DNA of 64,000 nucleotides from Patescibacteria group bacterium (GCA_023379025.1 JAMCTH010000005.1:20663-84662); one strand, 5' to 3'. Positions 38,053-47,620 are shown, numbered from the stretch's first letter. Numbers and translations: made by a program. Notes: generated by a model not told the origin, from the letters alone.

Positions 38053-38147
38053 ATTCTTTTAAAAATCTGTATTCAAATCTTACTATAACATTCATGAGTC
38101 CGGCCGTGCAGTCTTGTATCTTTTCTGTTTTGGCTTATAATACGCTG

Positions 38148-38335
38148 TCAGTTCAGGACCTAAACATCAGAGCTTGTTTAGGGTGTCTTACCTGCCTGCT
38201 ATAGTCGTTGCGCCTTAACAACTCCGGGTGTCAATCTCGGCAGAGCCGACGGGAAGATAGTCTCTCCTGTCTTTCTCTAGGCTCTGCCGAGAGGACGGGA
38301 GAGGGTTGCATTCGGCACCCAATACGACTTTATGT
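38148..38335 (+). ncRNA. candidate structured RNA or 5' leader
   Basis: Follows TTGTAT-16-TATAAT; 8-bp hairpin 38159-38182; 13-bp perfect stem 38235-38247/38280-38292; closing agtcgt/acgact. Confidence 0.45.
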
Positions 38336-38354
38336 GTGAAGGGAGGTGAAACCC

Positions 38355-38570
38355 GTGCAATCGCCATTAAATCCAAACAGGGAAAAAGCAGCGACTCTCA
38401 TCACAAAGGCAGAAGAGATCGCTGACGAGGTGGTCGACCTGGCTAAAGAGGCTGTCGCGTTGGATCTCGACCCATTGACCGAGACCGACATTAGAGACAT
38501 CGCAAGGAAAGTGGGGAAGGCAGCCGACGCCTATCTTGAAGGATTGGGGATTCAGGTCGAAACAAAGTAG
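38355..38570 (+). CDS. small alpha-helical hypothetical protein
   Basis: GGAGGTGA RBS before GTG 38355. Confidence 0.7.
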   Translation: MQSPLNPNREKAATLITKAEEIADEVVDLAKEAVALDLDPLTETDIRDIARKVGKAADAYLEGLGIQVETK

Positions 38571-38693
38571 CCAGACGTCAAAAAAATCCGGAGAATCAAC
38601 CCTCTCCAAATTTTTCCGGCGAAAGGAGAAAAGCCTATCGAGAAATTCCAAATTGGTTATCAAATCGGGATCTTATGACAACGGAGGAATAAA

Positions 38694-38912
38694 ATGCACT
38701 TAACTCGCGCTCAACAGATTTTGCGCATACTCGGCTGGGCTGGGGTGGTATTCCTCTTCGGGCTCACACTGATCCTCGGCGTCCATCCGGAGGTAACCAT
38801 TGGTTTCGGACCGCTCACGATTTCCGCGGTCGTACCAATCGGCGCAACAACGGTCGTCGAGGGACTTTGTCTCTACTTTAAAAAGGGACCAGCAACCCGT
38901 CGGGTTACTTAG
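38694..38912 (+). CDS. small two-TM membrane protein
   Basis: GGAGG RBS; two hydrophobic segments; stop codon lies inside repeat copy B. Confidence 0.7.
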   Translation: MHLTRAQQILRILGWAGVVFLFGLTLILGVHPEVTIGFGPLTISAVVPIGATTVVEGLCLYFKKGPATRRVT

Positions 38913-38922
38913 GTTCAAACCT
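38893..38922. repeat. double-palindrome repeat, copy B
   Basis: caacccgtcgggttacttaggttcaaacct. Confidence 0.85.
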
Positions 38923-38999
38923 CCAATGATCGATCGTTTGCTTCCCGAAAACATGTAAGAATTCCGCACTAATTCCGGATGTGCTACAATCATCTCGAT

Positions 39000-39446
39000 A
39001 TGAGTGAACCTGAACAAAACAGCACAGTTCAAAAACTCTTAAAGGATTTGTGCTCGCTCTTTCCTCTTCCTGCACTTCACATACGTCAGACAGAATATTA
39101 CATGCCGGAAGCTCATGAACTGAGGAACACGCACCCTGATTGGCCGAGTGTATACTTGGGAAATTTCACCAGGGAACAACTTCAACGAATCAGTGATGAT
39201 GAATTTTTTCCGGTGTATCTCCGGAACTGGGCTTCCATGCTGAGCGATTGTTATCTCAACGAAGACGCGGCTGCTCAAGGAATTGGTGAATTAGCGGAGT
39301 TGCGGCAGCGCGAACAAATCTACGGAAAAGAATTACGTTCCAATTGGTCTTTTCCCGTACCAGAACCCGTTAGAACGTATATGATAGAAAACGGTTTGCT
39401 TCCCGTTAATGCAGATATTGTCCCCAAGGAACTACATTTCGAGTAG
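39000..39446 (+). CDS. hypothetical protein
   Basis: TGCTACAAT 9 nt before ATG 39000 (MSEPEQ). Confidence 0.7.
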   Translation: MSEPEQNSTVQKLLKDLCSLFPLPALHIRQTEYYMPEAHELRNTHPDWPSVYLGNFTREQLQRISDDEFFPVYLRNWASMLSDCYLNEDAAAQGIGELAELRQREQIYGKELRSNWSFPVPEPVRTYMIENGLLPVNADIVPKELHFE

Positions 39447-39462
39447 AGTGCTTCTTCAGCGT

Positions 39463-39524
39463 TAACTCCCAGTAGCAAAAATGCAGGGATGTCAAATTCG
39501 TCTTCCTTAGGTAGAAGATCATCG
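39463..39524 (-). pseudogene. decayed duplicate of the ftsZ 3' end
   Basis: 39480-39524 matches 40382-40426 at 39/45 nt; reads [16 protein letters not shown]; no in-frame start. Confidence 0.85.
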
Positions 39525-39564
39525 TATCTCGGTCATGGCCTTCTCAATTTTATGAATAGGATTG

Positions 39565-40350
39565 CTAATCTAGAACAGCAATCATACGTTCTGCCTGTAC
39601 TAAAAACGCTTCCATTGTGGAGTCGTTTTGAAGAGTGATAGTCGCAAAATTCCGAATTTCTTCCAGAAGCGCATGTTCTTGTTCCTCTCGTGATTGAAAC
39701 GATTCTACATCTCCGGATCGACTGGAATCCAATAGTGCACGTGCCTCTGCACGCCTGCGTCTCATCTCATAGTCTCTCGCACTATCATCAGGATTCAACG
39801 TGACAAAAATTACGTTTCCAACCGCCTCCTTCGGTCGTCTTGGACCGAATAAAACCAACTTAGTGTAACCCGTTTCGGCCGATTTCAAAATCGCAAGCCT
39901 CACTAAAATATCATCACCGAACATTTCCTTGAAACTAATCCCGACGTCTATTTTATCCTGGTTGTTATTACGATCCTTTCCCCACGCAGTTGCAATATCC
40001 CGCGCCATATCGGAAAACGTGATGAGGTGATAGTTGTGGGCTGCAAAAACTGGCCGTAATGCGTCTTTCCAGGAAAGTTGGTGACCGGCTACTGTCACAA
40101 CATTTACCCCATTCATTTGCGGTCCGAGGCGCTGTACCCTATCCACGACTCTCCCGAAGTGATCAGTAAGATACTCAGTTATACAGACGGTGGATAGTGT
40201 GGGTTCAAACCTCGCCACTCGATTACTTAGATCCTGCATAACCCGGATAAAAAGTTCCTCATGCCTGTCTTTAAGGGTTGACGAAGGTTGAAGTGCTAAA
40301 GCAAGACAGAAATAAAAGAAACAACAACCCGTCGGGTTGAATAGGTTCAA
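39565..40350 (-). CDS. degenerate P-loop NMP/dephospho-CoA-kinase-like protein (start uncertain)
   Basis: VVTVAGHQLSWKD at the Walker A position, FSD..R, G.RR..E, C-terminal A.I.L.ND.T. Track TTG start lies inside repeat C. Confidence 0.55.
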   Translation of the reverse strand: MNLFNPTGCCFFYFCLALALQPSSTLKDRHEELFIRVMQDLSNRVARFEPTLSTVCITEYLTDHFGRVVDRVQRLGPQMNGVNVVTVAGHQLSWKDALRPVFAAHNYHLITFSDMARDIATAWGKDRNNNQDKIDVGISFKEMFGDDILVRLAILKSAETGYTKLVLFGPRRPKEAVGNVIFVTLNPDDSARDYEMRRRRAEARALLDSSRSGDVESFQSREEQEHALLEEIRNFATITLQNDSTMEAFLVQAERMIAVLD

Positions 40351-40354
40351 ACCT
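40325..40354. repeat. double-palindrome repeat, copy C
   Basis: caacccgtcgggttgaataggttcaaacct, 8 nt after the ftsZ stop. Confidence 0.9.
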
Positions 40355-40362
40355 GTTCTCTC

Positions 40363-41562
40363 CTAACTCCTCTGCCGCAGGAATGCGGGGATGTCGAATT
40401 CGTCTTCCTCGGGCGGAAGATCATCGGAAGCAGACGGGAACGTTGAAGACTGCGCCGGCTGCACCGGAGTTTGCCGTGGCTGAAAATTCTGCGGCTGTTG
40501 CGGCTGCTGAGCCGGTTTCTGATAGACGGAAGTGTTCCCGCCCATGGCGCCGCCCGTCATCGCCCCGCCCATAGCCGGACGCCCCGATAATTCCCGGAGG
40601 CGCTTTTTGGTTTCGTCAAAGCCTGTGGCTATCACCGTGATTTTCACCTGGTCGACCAGGTGGTCGTCGATGGTTGCGCCGAAGATGATATTGGCATCGG
40701 GGTCGACAGCCGCGGCTATCTGCTTAGCCGCCTCATCCACTTCGCTCATGGTCAGGTCCGGACCGCCGGTGATGTTAAACAATACGCCTTTGGCCCCTTC
40801 TATGGAAAGCTCAAGAAGCGGCGATGCGATAGCGGTGCGTGCCGCGGTTGCCGCCCGGTTTTCCCCGACGCCGGTACCGATACCCATAAGGGATGATCCT
40901 GCCTTGGTCATGATAGTCCGGACATCGGCAAAGTCAACGTTTATAAGTCCCGGCATGGTGATAAGATCCGCTATCCCCTGCACCCCCTGACCGAGCACCG
41001 AGTCAGTCACCCTGAAGGCCTCAAGGAGGGTCATTTTTTTATCGATGACGTCAAGGAGCCGTTGGTTGGGGATAACGATGAGGGTATCTACTTTATCCTT
41101 CAGGTTCATGATCCCCTCTTCGGCGGTCACCATCCGCCGCGTTCCTTCGAAATGAAACGGCTTCGTGACGACGCCGACGGTGAGGGATCCGAGCTCGCTC
41201 GCGATCTCCGCAATGACGGGTGTTGCCCCGGTACCGGTTCCTCCGCCTTCCCCGCAGGTCAGGAACACCATATCGGTATCGCGGAGATATTCCTTGATTT
41301 TCTCCCGTGATTCTTCTGCGGCCTGTTGGCCGATGTCCGGATTGCCTCCGGCGCCCAATCCCCGCGTCAGATTTTCCCCGATCTGGATCTTCGTCGTCGC
41401 CTGACAGGTCAGAAGCGCCTGGGCATCGGTGTTGAGCCCGATGAAATCCACTCCCGCAATCTGATTGACACCGATCATGGAGTTGAGGGCGTTGGAACCC
41501 CCTCCGCCGATGCCGATAACTTTAATTTTGGCAAAATGCGCAATATCGGGTTTTATAAGCAT
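40363..41562 (-). CDS. ftsZ: cell division protein FtsZ
   Basis: [24 protein letters not shown]-terminal DIPAFLR. Confidence 0.99.
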   Translation of the reverse strand: MLIKPDIAHFAKIKVIGIGGGGSNALNSMIGVNQIAGVDFIGLNTDAQALLTCQATTKIQIGENLTRGLGAGGNPDIGQQAAEESREKIKEYLRDTDMVFLTCGEGGGTGTGATPVIAEIASELGSLTVGVVTKPFHFEGTRRMVTAEEGIMNLKDKVDTLIVIPNQRLLDVIDKKMTLLEAFRVTDSVLGQGVQGIADLITMPGLINVDFADVRTIMTKAGSSLMGIGTGVGENRAATAARTAIASPLLELSIEGAKGVLFNITGGPDLTMSEVDEAAKQIAAAVDPDANIIFGATIDDHLVDQVKITVIATGFDETKKRLRELSGRPAMGGAMTGGAMGGNTSVYQKPAQQPQQPQNFQPRQTPVQPAQSSTFPSASDDLPPEEDEFDIPAFLRQRS

Positions 41563-41676
41563 ACCATTTGACGTGAGAGGCAGGACCTCACCGGTCCGGG
41601 CAGAAAGCTGAAATCAGAACTTCGAGAGACTGCGGCAACGGTACGGATACCACATTCCGGATACGTTCCGCACCCA

Positions 41677-42975
41677 TTAGGGCAGAAATGACTTTACCAG
41701 ATCAACCACTCGTCCCGCAATACCCTTGACGGGAATATGCTGGCTGATTTTTCCGATATTTCCGAACATGGTCCCGCCTTCGGACTTTTCCATACGGATG
41801 CCATAGAGAAGAAGTCCCACCGAAGCCGCGTACGCAGGAGTCATAATCTCATCGATCAGTCCGCTTATCCGCGTCGGTGTTGCTATGTGGACCGGCATGG
41901 CAAGGTTTCTCCTTGCTGCTTCCGCTGCACCGACCGTCAGCGCTCCGCCTCCCGTGATGACGACCCCCGACGGCGTCATGCCGCCGAAGCCGCTGCGCTT
42001 GATTTCAAGACCCACCATGGTAAAAATTTCGTTGAGCCGCGGCTTTACGATGCCTTCCACCAATGTTTTTTTCGATACCGTTTTCATCTCTTCCGAAAGC
42101 CCGAGACCGCTCACGTCGAGCTCATCCCCGATTGCATCCTTTTTCTGTTTGGGCTTTTCCTCTTCCGGGAGTATGGGCAGCTTGGGCGCTTCGCCGAGAT
42201 GGATCTTGATTTTCTCGGCGCTTTCAAGCGACACGCGCAGCCCCGCGGCGACGTCTTTGGTGATATTGATGGCGCCGATCGGGATAACGGACGAATACGA
42301 CAGCGCGCCTTCGACAAAGATCGCAACATCCGTGGTGCCTCCGCCGATATCCACGAGTACGACACCGAGTTCTTTTTCCGTATCAGAGAGGCTGGAAAAG
42401 GCGGATGCCAGTCCGCCGAATACCGCAGAGACGACTTCTATCCCAAGCTCCTCCACACACTTGTGGAGGTTCCTTACCGCGGTAGCGCCGCCGGTCACCA
42501 GATGCGTATCAACTTCCAGGCGTACACCGGTCATCCCGACCGGATCCACGATTCCCTCCTGACTGTCTACGACATATCCCCGCGGCAACACATGAAGGAT
42601 TTCCCGTGAAGAAGGGAGTTGTATGGCTTTGGCAGCTTCGATGACCCGACGGACGTCGTTTCCTCCTATTTCCTTATCGGGTTCTGCCACCGCTACAACG
42701 CCGTGCGAGTTCATGGAAGCGATGTGATTACCCCCGACGGAAATATACGCGCGTCCGACCGTCACGCCGGCCATCCGTTCCGCCGCCTCAACGGACTGGG
42801 AGATGACGCCTGTGGCTTCTTCTATGTTGACCACCTGTCCTTTACGAAGACCCTTGCTTGGCACTGTCGACACGCCCAGGATATTTGCCGTCCCCTCTTC
42901 CGTAGCCGAGGCAATAAGCGTCGTAATTTTTGAAGTCCCGACGTCTATGCTGGATAGGACATGGTCACGTGCCAT
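41677..42975 (-). CDS. ftsA: cell division protein FtsA
   Basis: IDVGTSK, DIGGGTTD, VVITGGGA; upstream of ftsZ. Start moved to MARD. Confidence 0.97.
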   Translation of the reverse strand: MARDHVLSSIDVGTSKITTLIASATEEGTANILGVSTVPSKGLRKGQVVNIEEATGVISQSVEAAERMAGVTVGRAYISVGGNHIASMNSHGVVAVAEPDKEIGGNDVRRVIEAAKAIQLPSSREILHVLPRGYVVDSQEGIVDPVGMTGVRLEVDTHLVTGGATAVRNLHKCVEELGIEVVSAVFGGLASAFSSLSDTEKELGVVLVDIGGGTTDVAIFVEGALSYSSVIPIGAINITKDVAAGLRVSLESAEKIKIHLGEAPKLPILPEEEKPKQKKDAIGDELDVSGLGLSEEMKTVSKKTLVEGIVKPRLNEIFTMVGLEIKRSGFGGMTPSGVVITGGGALTVGAAEAARRNLAMPVHIATPTRISGLIDEIMTPAYAASVGLLLYGIRMEKSEGGTMFGNIGKISQHIPVKGIAGRVVDLVKSFLP

Positions 42976-43126
42976 AAATGGCGTACGCGGGGATACGTAT
43001 ATCTTCATCCGCCGGGTACGAAATATATACACTAGTATAAAGCGTTTCCTCTGTCCGATACAACAGGTTTATTCTGATATGGTATTCTTTGACCGGCTTC
43101 GTCGGACATAACGCTTTTTGGTGCAA

Positions 43127-43852
43127 TCAAAATGTGACTACTGGTTTGTTGAACCGGAGATCGACGTGCGAAGGCAGCTTACCTTTTATTTTAAACCCCG
43201 CCATAAGGATTTGTAAAGCAGATCCGAGTGTTTTGGTATCGGCATCCTGGGAAAAATAGATGTCCGTTTGCGGCGTTTTTGCAAGAAGCGACGTGCTCTC
43301 ATAAGACGTGATCTCACGGACATCGAGATAGGTCCGTGTTGCATCCAAAAACCCTATACCCGTGAGGACGCGACGGTCCGATACCTGAACGCCTTCAACA
43401 AGCGGCGAGACGGGAAAAATGAGGACCGGCAATCCGCTCTGGCGCACGTCATCAATGACATATCCCTTATCATCCAGGCCGACCGTCCTCCCGTTACTTC
43501 TGAGGACAACAACCGCGTTCCGCGCCAGGACGGTGATCACCAGCGTATGCGGATATTTTTTGGATACGGTTAATGCACCGATAAGCGGATTATCCTCAAG
43601 AATCTGCTTTTTCAGTTTCGATGTTGAAAGAAACAAAAGGCTCTGCGGCAGCGTTTTCTGATTGACGTCCACCTGTACATTCTGCCCGACTACTTCGATC
43701 TTTTGTATGCTGCTCACCGCAAAAAGCAACCGGTATGCAACCCAGACGGCAAGTACCGCTACAATTGCAAACGTCAGAACTCTTCCGGTCTTACGAAGCC
43801 CGCGCCCCCACCTCATACCCCTGCCCCGCGGCGGCGGATCACCCGGTAGCAT
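43127..43852 (-). CDS. ftsQ: FtsQ/DivIB-like protein
   Basis: One TM, POTRA-like KKYPHTL.I, C-terminal VDLRF; lies between murG and ftsA. Confidence 0.8.
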   Translation of the reverse strand: MLPGDPPPRGRGMRWGRGLRKTGRVLTFAIVAVLAVWVAYRLLFAVSSIQKIEVVGQNVQVDVNQKTLPQSLLFLSTSKLKKQILEDNPLIGALTVSKKYPHTLVITVLARNAVVVLRSNGRTVGLDDKGYVIDDVRQSGLPVLIFPVSPLVEGVQVSDRRVLTGIGFLDATRTYLDVREITSYESTSLLAKTPQTDIYFSQDADTKTLGSALQILMAGFKIKGKLPSHVDLRFNKPVVTF

Positions 43853-44967
43853 ACCGCAACAATCCGCTCCGCAGCATCGCGGGGCACCGTATATGCATAC
43901 GTTTCCGCGTTTTTCCTGTACGGCTTCATTGCAGTAAACATAGCATCAATACCGGCTGTAAGACTATCCGGCGTAAGCGTCTCCTGGGATAGCATTTCGG
44001 ACGTGCCGGCGGACACAAGGAGTTCGGCATTCTTCTCCTGCTCTCCGCCGCCGGACCACGGAAGCGGGATAAACAGTGCATTCTTGCCGAGGGCGGCGAT
44101 CTCTCCCACGGTATTTGCGCCAGATCTGCCGATCACGAGATTCGCATGATGGTAAATCCAGGCAATATCCGTTTCATCAAAATACCGTGCAACGACGTAT
44201 CTGGAAGCCAGATGCGGCGCAAGTATGTCTTTACGTTGTCGGGCCTTCGTAAGAAAGTGCTGCCCGGTCTGATGGATGATGGTGTACCGCTCTAATAACT
44301 TGGGGAGTGCCTCCGCGACGATCTCGTTGAGGCTGACGGCGCCGGTGGTCCCGCCGGTCACGTAGAGAAGCGGATGGTGGGTTTGCGGCAGGGAAAACGA
44401 CGGCATTAGCGGCGGATGGAAAAGCCCTTTGCGCAGCGGAAGTCCGACAACCATCGTTTTTGCCCCTGACGGACCGGCCTGTCCCCCAGGAAACGAAAGA
44501 AGCACGTGCGACGCCAAATTTCCGATAAGCTTGTTTGCAAGCCCCATCGCCCTCGTCTGCTCATGCGTTATGACCGGTACTCTTCCGAGCCGGGCAGCCA
44601 GGACGACCGGAAGCGCCACGTACCCGCCGAACGACAGGATACAGTCCGGACGGTAACGCCGGACATATCCGTATGCGCGAATACATGCAAACGGTACCTT
44701 GGACAATGAACGTAGTGCTGGGAACAAATTTTCCCGAGAAAATCTTCCGGTATCGAGGGGAAGAAAACGGAGGGATTTTTTCCGAATAATCCTGAATTCC
44801 TCGGAATCGAAGCTATCACCTTCAAATGCACGGGGCCGCCCGACAAAAAAAAGGTTCCAGTCCGGTTTTTCTGACCGGAGCGCATCAATAACCGCGAGAG
44901 CCGGAGACAGGTGGCCTCCGGTCAGAAACAATGTCTGTGTGTGTTCCTTTGTGCCTGTTTTATCCAT
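43813..44967 (-). CDS. murG: lipid I GlcNAc transferase
   Basis: TGGHLSPA, FGGYV, HEQ, GRSGANT, EQEKNA. Confidence 0.93.
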   Translation of the reverse strand: MDKTGTKEHTQTLFLTGGHLSPALAVIDALRSEKPDWNLFFVGRPRAFEGDSFDSEEFRIIRKKSLRFLPLDTGRFSRENLFPALRSLSKVPFACIRAYGYVRRYRPDCILSFGGYVALPVVLAARLGRVPVITHEQTRAMGLANKLIGNLASHVLLSFPGGQAGPSGAKTMVVGLPLRKGLFHPPLMPSFSLPQTHHPLLYVTGGTTGAVSLNEIVAEALPKLLERYTIIHQTGQHFLTKARQRKDILAPHLASRYVVARYFDETDIAWIYHHANLVIGRSGANTVGEIAALGKNALFIPLPWSGGGEQEKNAELLVSAGTSEMLSQETLTPDSLTAGIDAMFTAMKPYRKNAETYAYTVPRDAAERIVAVCYRVIRRRGAGV

Positions 44968-46126
44968 GATGTCTGCTGATGTTCATGAGAATCCCCATCC
45001 CGATAAGCATCATAACAAGCCCGGAGCCTCCATAGGAGATAAGCGGCAACGGCACGCCGGTCAGAGGCACGAGCGCGACCATCGCAGCCAGATTAATGCC
45101 GGACTGTATGCCAAACCACGATCCGATGCCGGCCGCCAAAAGCCTGCCGAACCGGTCCGGCGCGTGAATGGCTATATGAAATGCACGCCAGATCAGGAGG
45201 AGGATCAGAACAAGGAGGGTCGTGCCTCCGACCAGTCCCGTCTCCTCTCCGATAACGGCAAAAATCGAGTCCGTATTGGCTTCCGGCAGATACTCGTATT
45301 TCTGCCGGGATTTCCCGATGCCAAGCCCGAACCAACCGCCGGAACCCAGTCCCAGCATGACCTGGCGCATCTGGTAGGAAGCGCCGAGCGGATCGCTGTC
45401 GGGGTTGAGAAACGTCATGATCCGTCCGGCACGGTACGGGGCGATAAGAGCAACCACCAAAGCCCCGGCGGCAAGAATCGGAAAAAGAAAGAAAAAATGC
45501 CGGACCGCCGCGCCGGAAAGGAAATAGAGCGCGAGCGCTATACCGACGATAATCATCGCGGTTCCGAAATCCGGTTCGATGATAATAAGACCGAAGATCA
45601 TTCCCATGAGCAGTAAGAATGCCAGAAATCTGCCTTTTTCCGCCGTACTGAACCACGCAGACAGATAGAGGATCATGGAGAGCTTGGCCACTTCCGCGGG
45701 CTGCAGGACAAAGAGGCGGAAATTTAACCATCGGTGAGCTCCGAGCGCCCTGATGCCCAACCCCGGAATAAAAACGAGGATGAGAAGACACATCGTCACC
45801 AGAAGAAACGGCAATGCGATCCGGTACAGCCTCCGGTACTCCGTCAGGGAAAATACAGTAAGCGCGGCATACCCTACTGCCATCCACCGGAGCTGGTCCT
45901 TGACGAAGTGGTAGGGATCGGAAAAATCGCGGATAGCAATGGCAACGGAAGAGTCATACACCATAATGATGCCGATGACGGATACCATGAGTACGAGAAG
46001 GACAAGCGCTTTGTCCGGCAGTCCGGAACGGTGTGCGCTCTTCTGAATATCACGGTGATAACCGCGACTGCTTCCGGAACGCCGGCGGTTCAGGAAAGCG
46101 GAGATTTTGTTAGGAGCGCGAGCCAT
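44960..46126 (-). CDS. ftsW: SEDS protein FtsW
   Basis: GAHRWL, QPAEVAK, EPDFG, LPEANTDSIF, SYGGS. Confidence 0.93.
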   Translation of the reverse strand: MARAPNKISAFLNRRRSGSSRGYHRDIQKSAHRSGLPDKALVLLVLMVSVIGIIMVYDSSVAIAIRDFSDPYHFVKDQLRWMAVGYAALTVFSLTEYRRLYRIALPFLLVTMCLLILVFIPGLGIRALGAHRWLNFRLFVLQPAEVAKLSMILYLSAWFSTAEKGRFLAFLLLMGMIFGLIIIEPDFGTAMIIVGIALALYFLSGAAVRHFFFLFPILAAGALVVALIAPYRAGRIMTFLNPDSDPLGASYQMRQVMLGLGSGGWFGLGIGKSRQKYEYLPEANTDSIFAVIGEETGLVGGTTLLVLILLLIWRAFHIAIHAPDRFGRLLAAGIGSWFGIQSGINLAAMVALVPLTGVPLPLISYGGSGLVMMLIGMGILMNISRHHG

Positions 46127-47139
46127 AGGCCGAAAATGGAAAGAATGATGGATATGACCCAAAAGCGCATAACGATTTTCGTCTCCGGCCACCCGTTATA
46201 CTGCAGCCAGAGATGGAGCGGCGCTACACTGAAGAGCTTTTTTCCGAAGAATCTCTTGGATACAAGCTGCAGGAAGGAAGACAGAACTTCGACAACAAAT
46301 ACCCCGCCGATGAGGAGAAGGACCGGCCCCTTCCCGAGTATGAGTCCGACGGTAGCAAGCGTTGCCCCGAAAGACAAGGCGCCGACATCTCCGAGAAATA
46401 TGCGCGCCGGATGCACATTGAAGTAAAGGAATGCGAGGATGGCTCCGATCCAGACCGCCAGAAACACGGAGAGCGGTGTGTCCAGGATGGAGGCAGAAAT
46501 AATCCAGAAAGAGAAAAGCGCGATCATAAGGACGCCGCTCGCAAGTCCGTCCAGCCCGTCCGTGATATTGAATGCGTTCGCAAATCCCAGAATAAACAGA
46601 ACGGCGGGAAAGATATACCACCATCCGAGCTGTATGACGCCCAAAACCGGCACGTAGATAATGTCTATCTGAAGGTCCCGCACCATCCAGAATCCGATGA
46701 TGCTCGCCAAAAGTATTTCAAGGACCAGCTTATGACGGAGCCGCAATCCGAAAAACGTCTCATGCGGGAGGACGAACGTTTTTTTTATGTCATCGACCAG
46801 TCCCAAAAGTCCGAACGATACGAAGGTAAACAGAAGTATTTTCACTTCCGCGCGCATGGGGTACACATGGGTGACGGGATACCAAAAATAATGCAAGAGG
46901 AGAAGGATAACCGGCAGAAGGGCGGTCGTAATGGCGATGATGAGGAGCCCGCCGCCGACCGGCGTACCTGCTTTATTTTTATGGAGGCGGTCGAAAATCG
47001 GCGTACGGTTGTTGAAGGCATCAAGCGTTTTTTGCCTGAGCCGCTGGAATTTCAGGTGATACAGGAGGCGGATAAACGGAATAAAGAGGATGCTCGCCAT
47101 AAACCAGGAAAACAACAGCGCTCCGAAAAGTATGATCAT
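46090..47139 (-). CDS. mraY: phospho-MurNAc-pentapeptide transferase
   Basis: KAGTP.GGG, DD..K, NITDGLDGL, FLGDVG, APLH. Confidence 0.94.
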   Translation of the reverse strand: MIILFGALLFSWFMASILFIPFIRLLYHLKFQRLRQKTLDAFNNRTPIFDRLHKNKAGTPVGGGLLIIAITTALLPVILLLLHYFWYPVTHVYPMRAEVKILLFTFVSFGLLGLVDDIKKTFVLPHETFFGLRLRHKLVLEILLASIIGFWMVRDLQIDIIYVPVLGVIQLGWWYIFPAVLFILGFANAFNITDGLDGLASGVLMIALFSFWIISASILDTPLSVFLAVWIGAILAFLYFNVHPARIFLGDVGALSFGATLATVGLILGKGPVLLLIGGVFVVEVLSSFLQLVSKRFFGKKLFSVAPLHLWLQYNGWPETKIVMRFWVISIILSIFGLWLALLTKSPLS

Positions 47140-47155
47140 AATATTCCCCTCGCCT

Positions 47156-47536
47156 CTAGTACCCCAAAAAACGCGGAACGATATGCGGCCAGAAGACAAT
47201 AACAGCGATAACCACCGCACCTATAGCGGTCAGAAGCATCATGCCTGCGGATACGTCTTTGGCGATCTTGGCTTCTTTTTTCCACTCCCGGGTTATAAGA
47301 TCCGTCATGGCCTCAAGTGCCGTATTGACCATCTCCGCGGAAAGACCAAGCACGACGGCAAAAATGAGAAGCACTGTTTCCGTGCGCGACAAGCCGAACC
47401 AAACGCTTCCGGCAAGCACACAGGCGGACAGGATAAGATGTATGCGGAAATTCGGTTGTGTGCGAAACGCCCAGACCATACCCTCGCATGCCGCACGGAA
47501 TGAAACATGATGTCGATGGAGCGTATCTGTAAGCAT
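47156..47536 (-). CDS. dgkA: diacylglycerol/undecaprenol kinase family
   Basis: QPNFRIH, EMVNTALE..D, AKDVSAG. Confidence 0.88.
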   Translation of the reverse strand: MLTDTLHRHHVSFRAACEGMVWAFRTQPNFRIHLILSACVLAGSVWFGLSRTETVLLIFAVVLGLSAEMVNTALEAMTDLITREWKKEAKIAKDVSAGMMLLTAIGAVVIAVIVFWPHIVPRFLGY

Positions 47537-47620
47537 TGTCTCACATACTAGTATACCCCAAGGAAATTCTGAAATACAATGAAGCTCTCCCGGGCTTCCC
47601 GTACGGCTTCCCGGACCCTG

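Noticed and set aside
38148-38335. SRP RNA, tmRNA or RNase P identity for the structured region
   Set aside because: No SRP helix-8 motif, no tRNA-like ends, and too short for RNase P RNA.
37489-40354. Three repeats as a CRISPR array or integron attC sites
   Set aside because: Spacing is about 1.4 kb with no cas genes. RYYYAAC and GTTRRRY are only 7 nt apart in copy A, with no L boxes, mixed ORF orientation and no intI.
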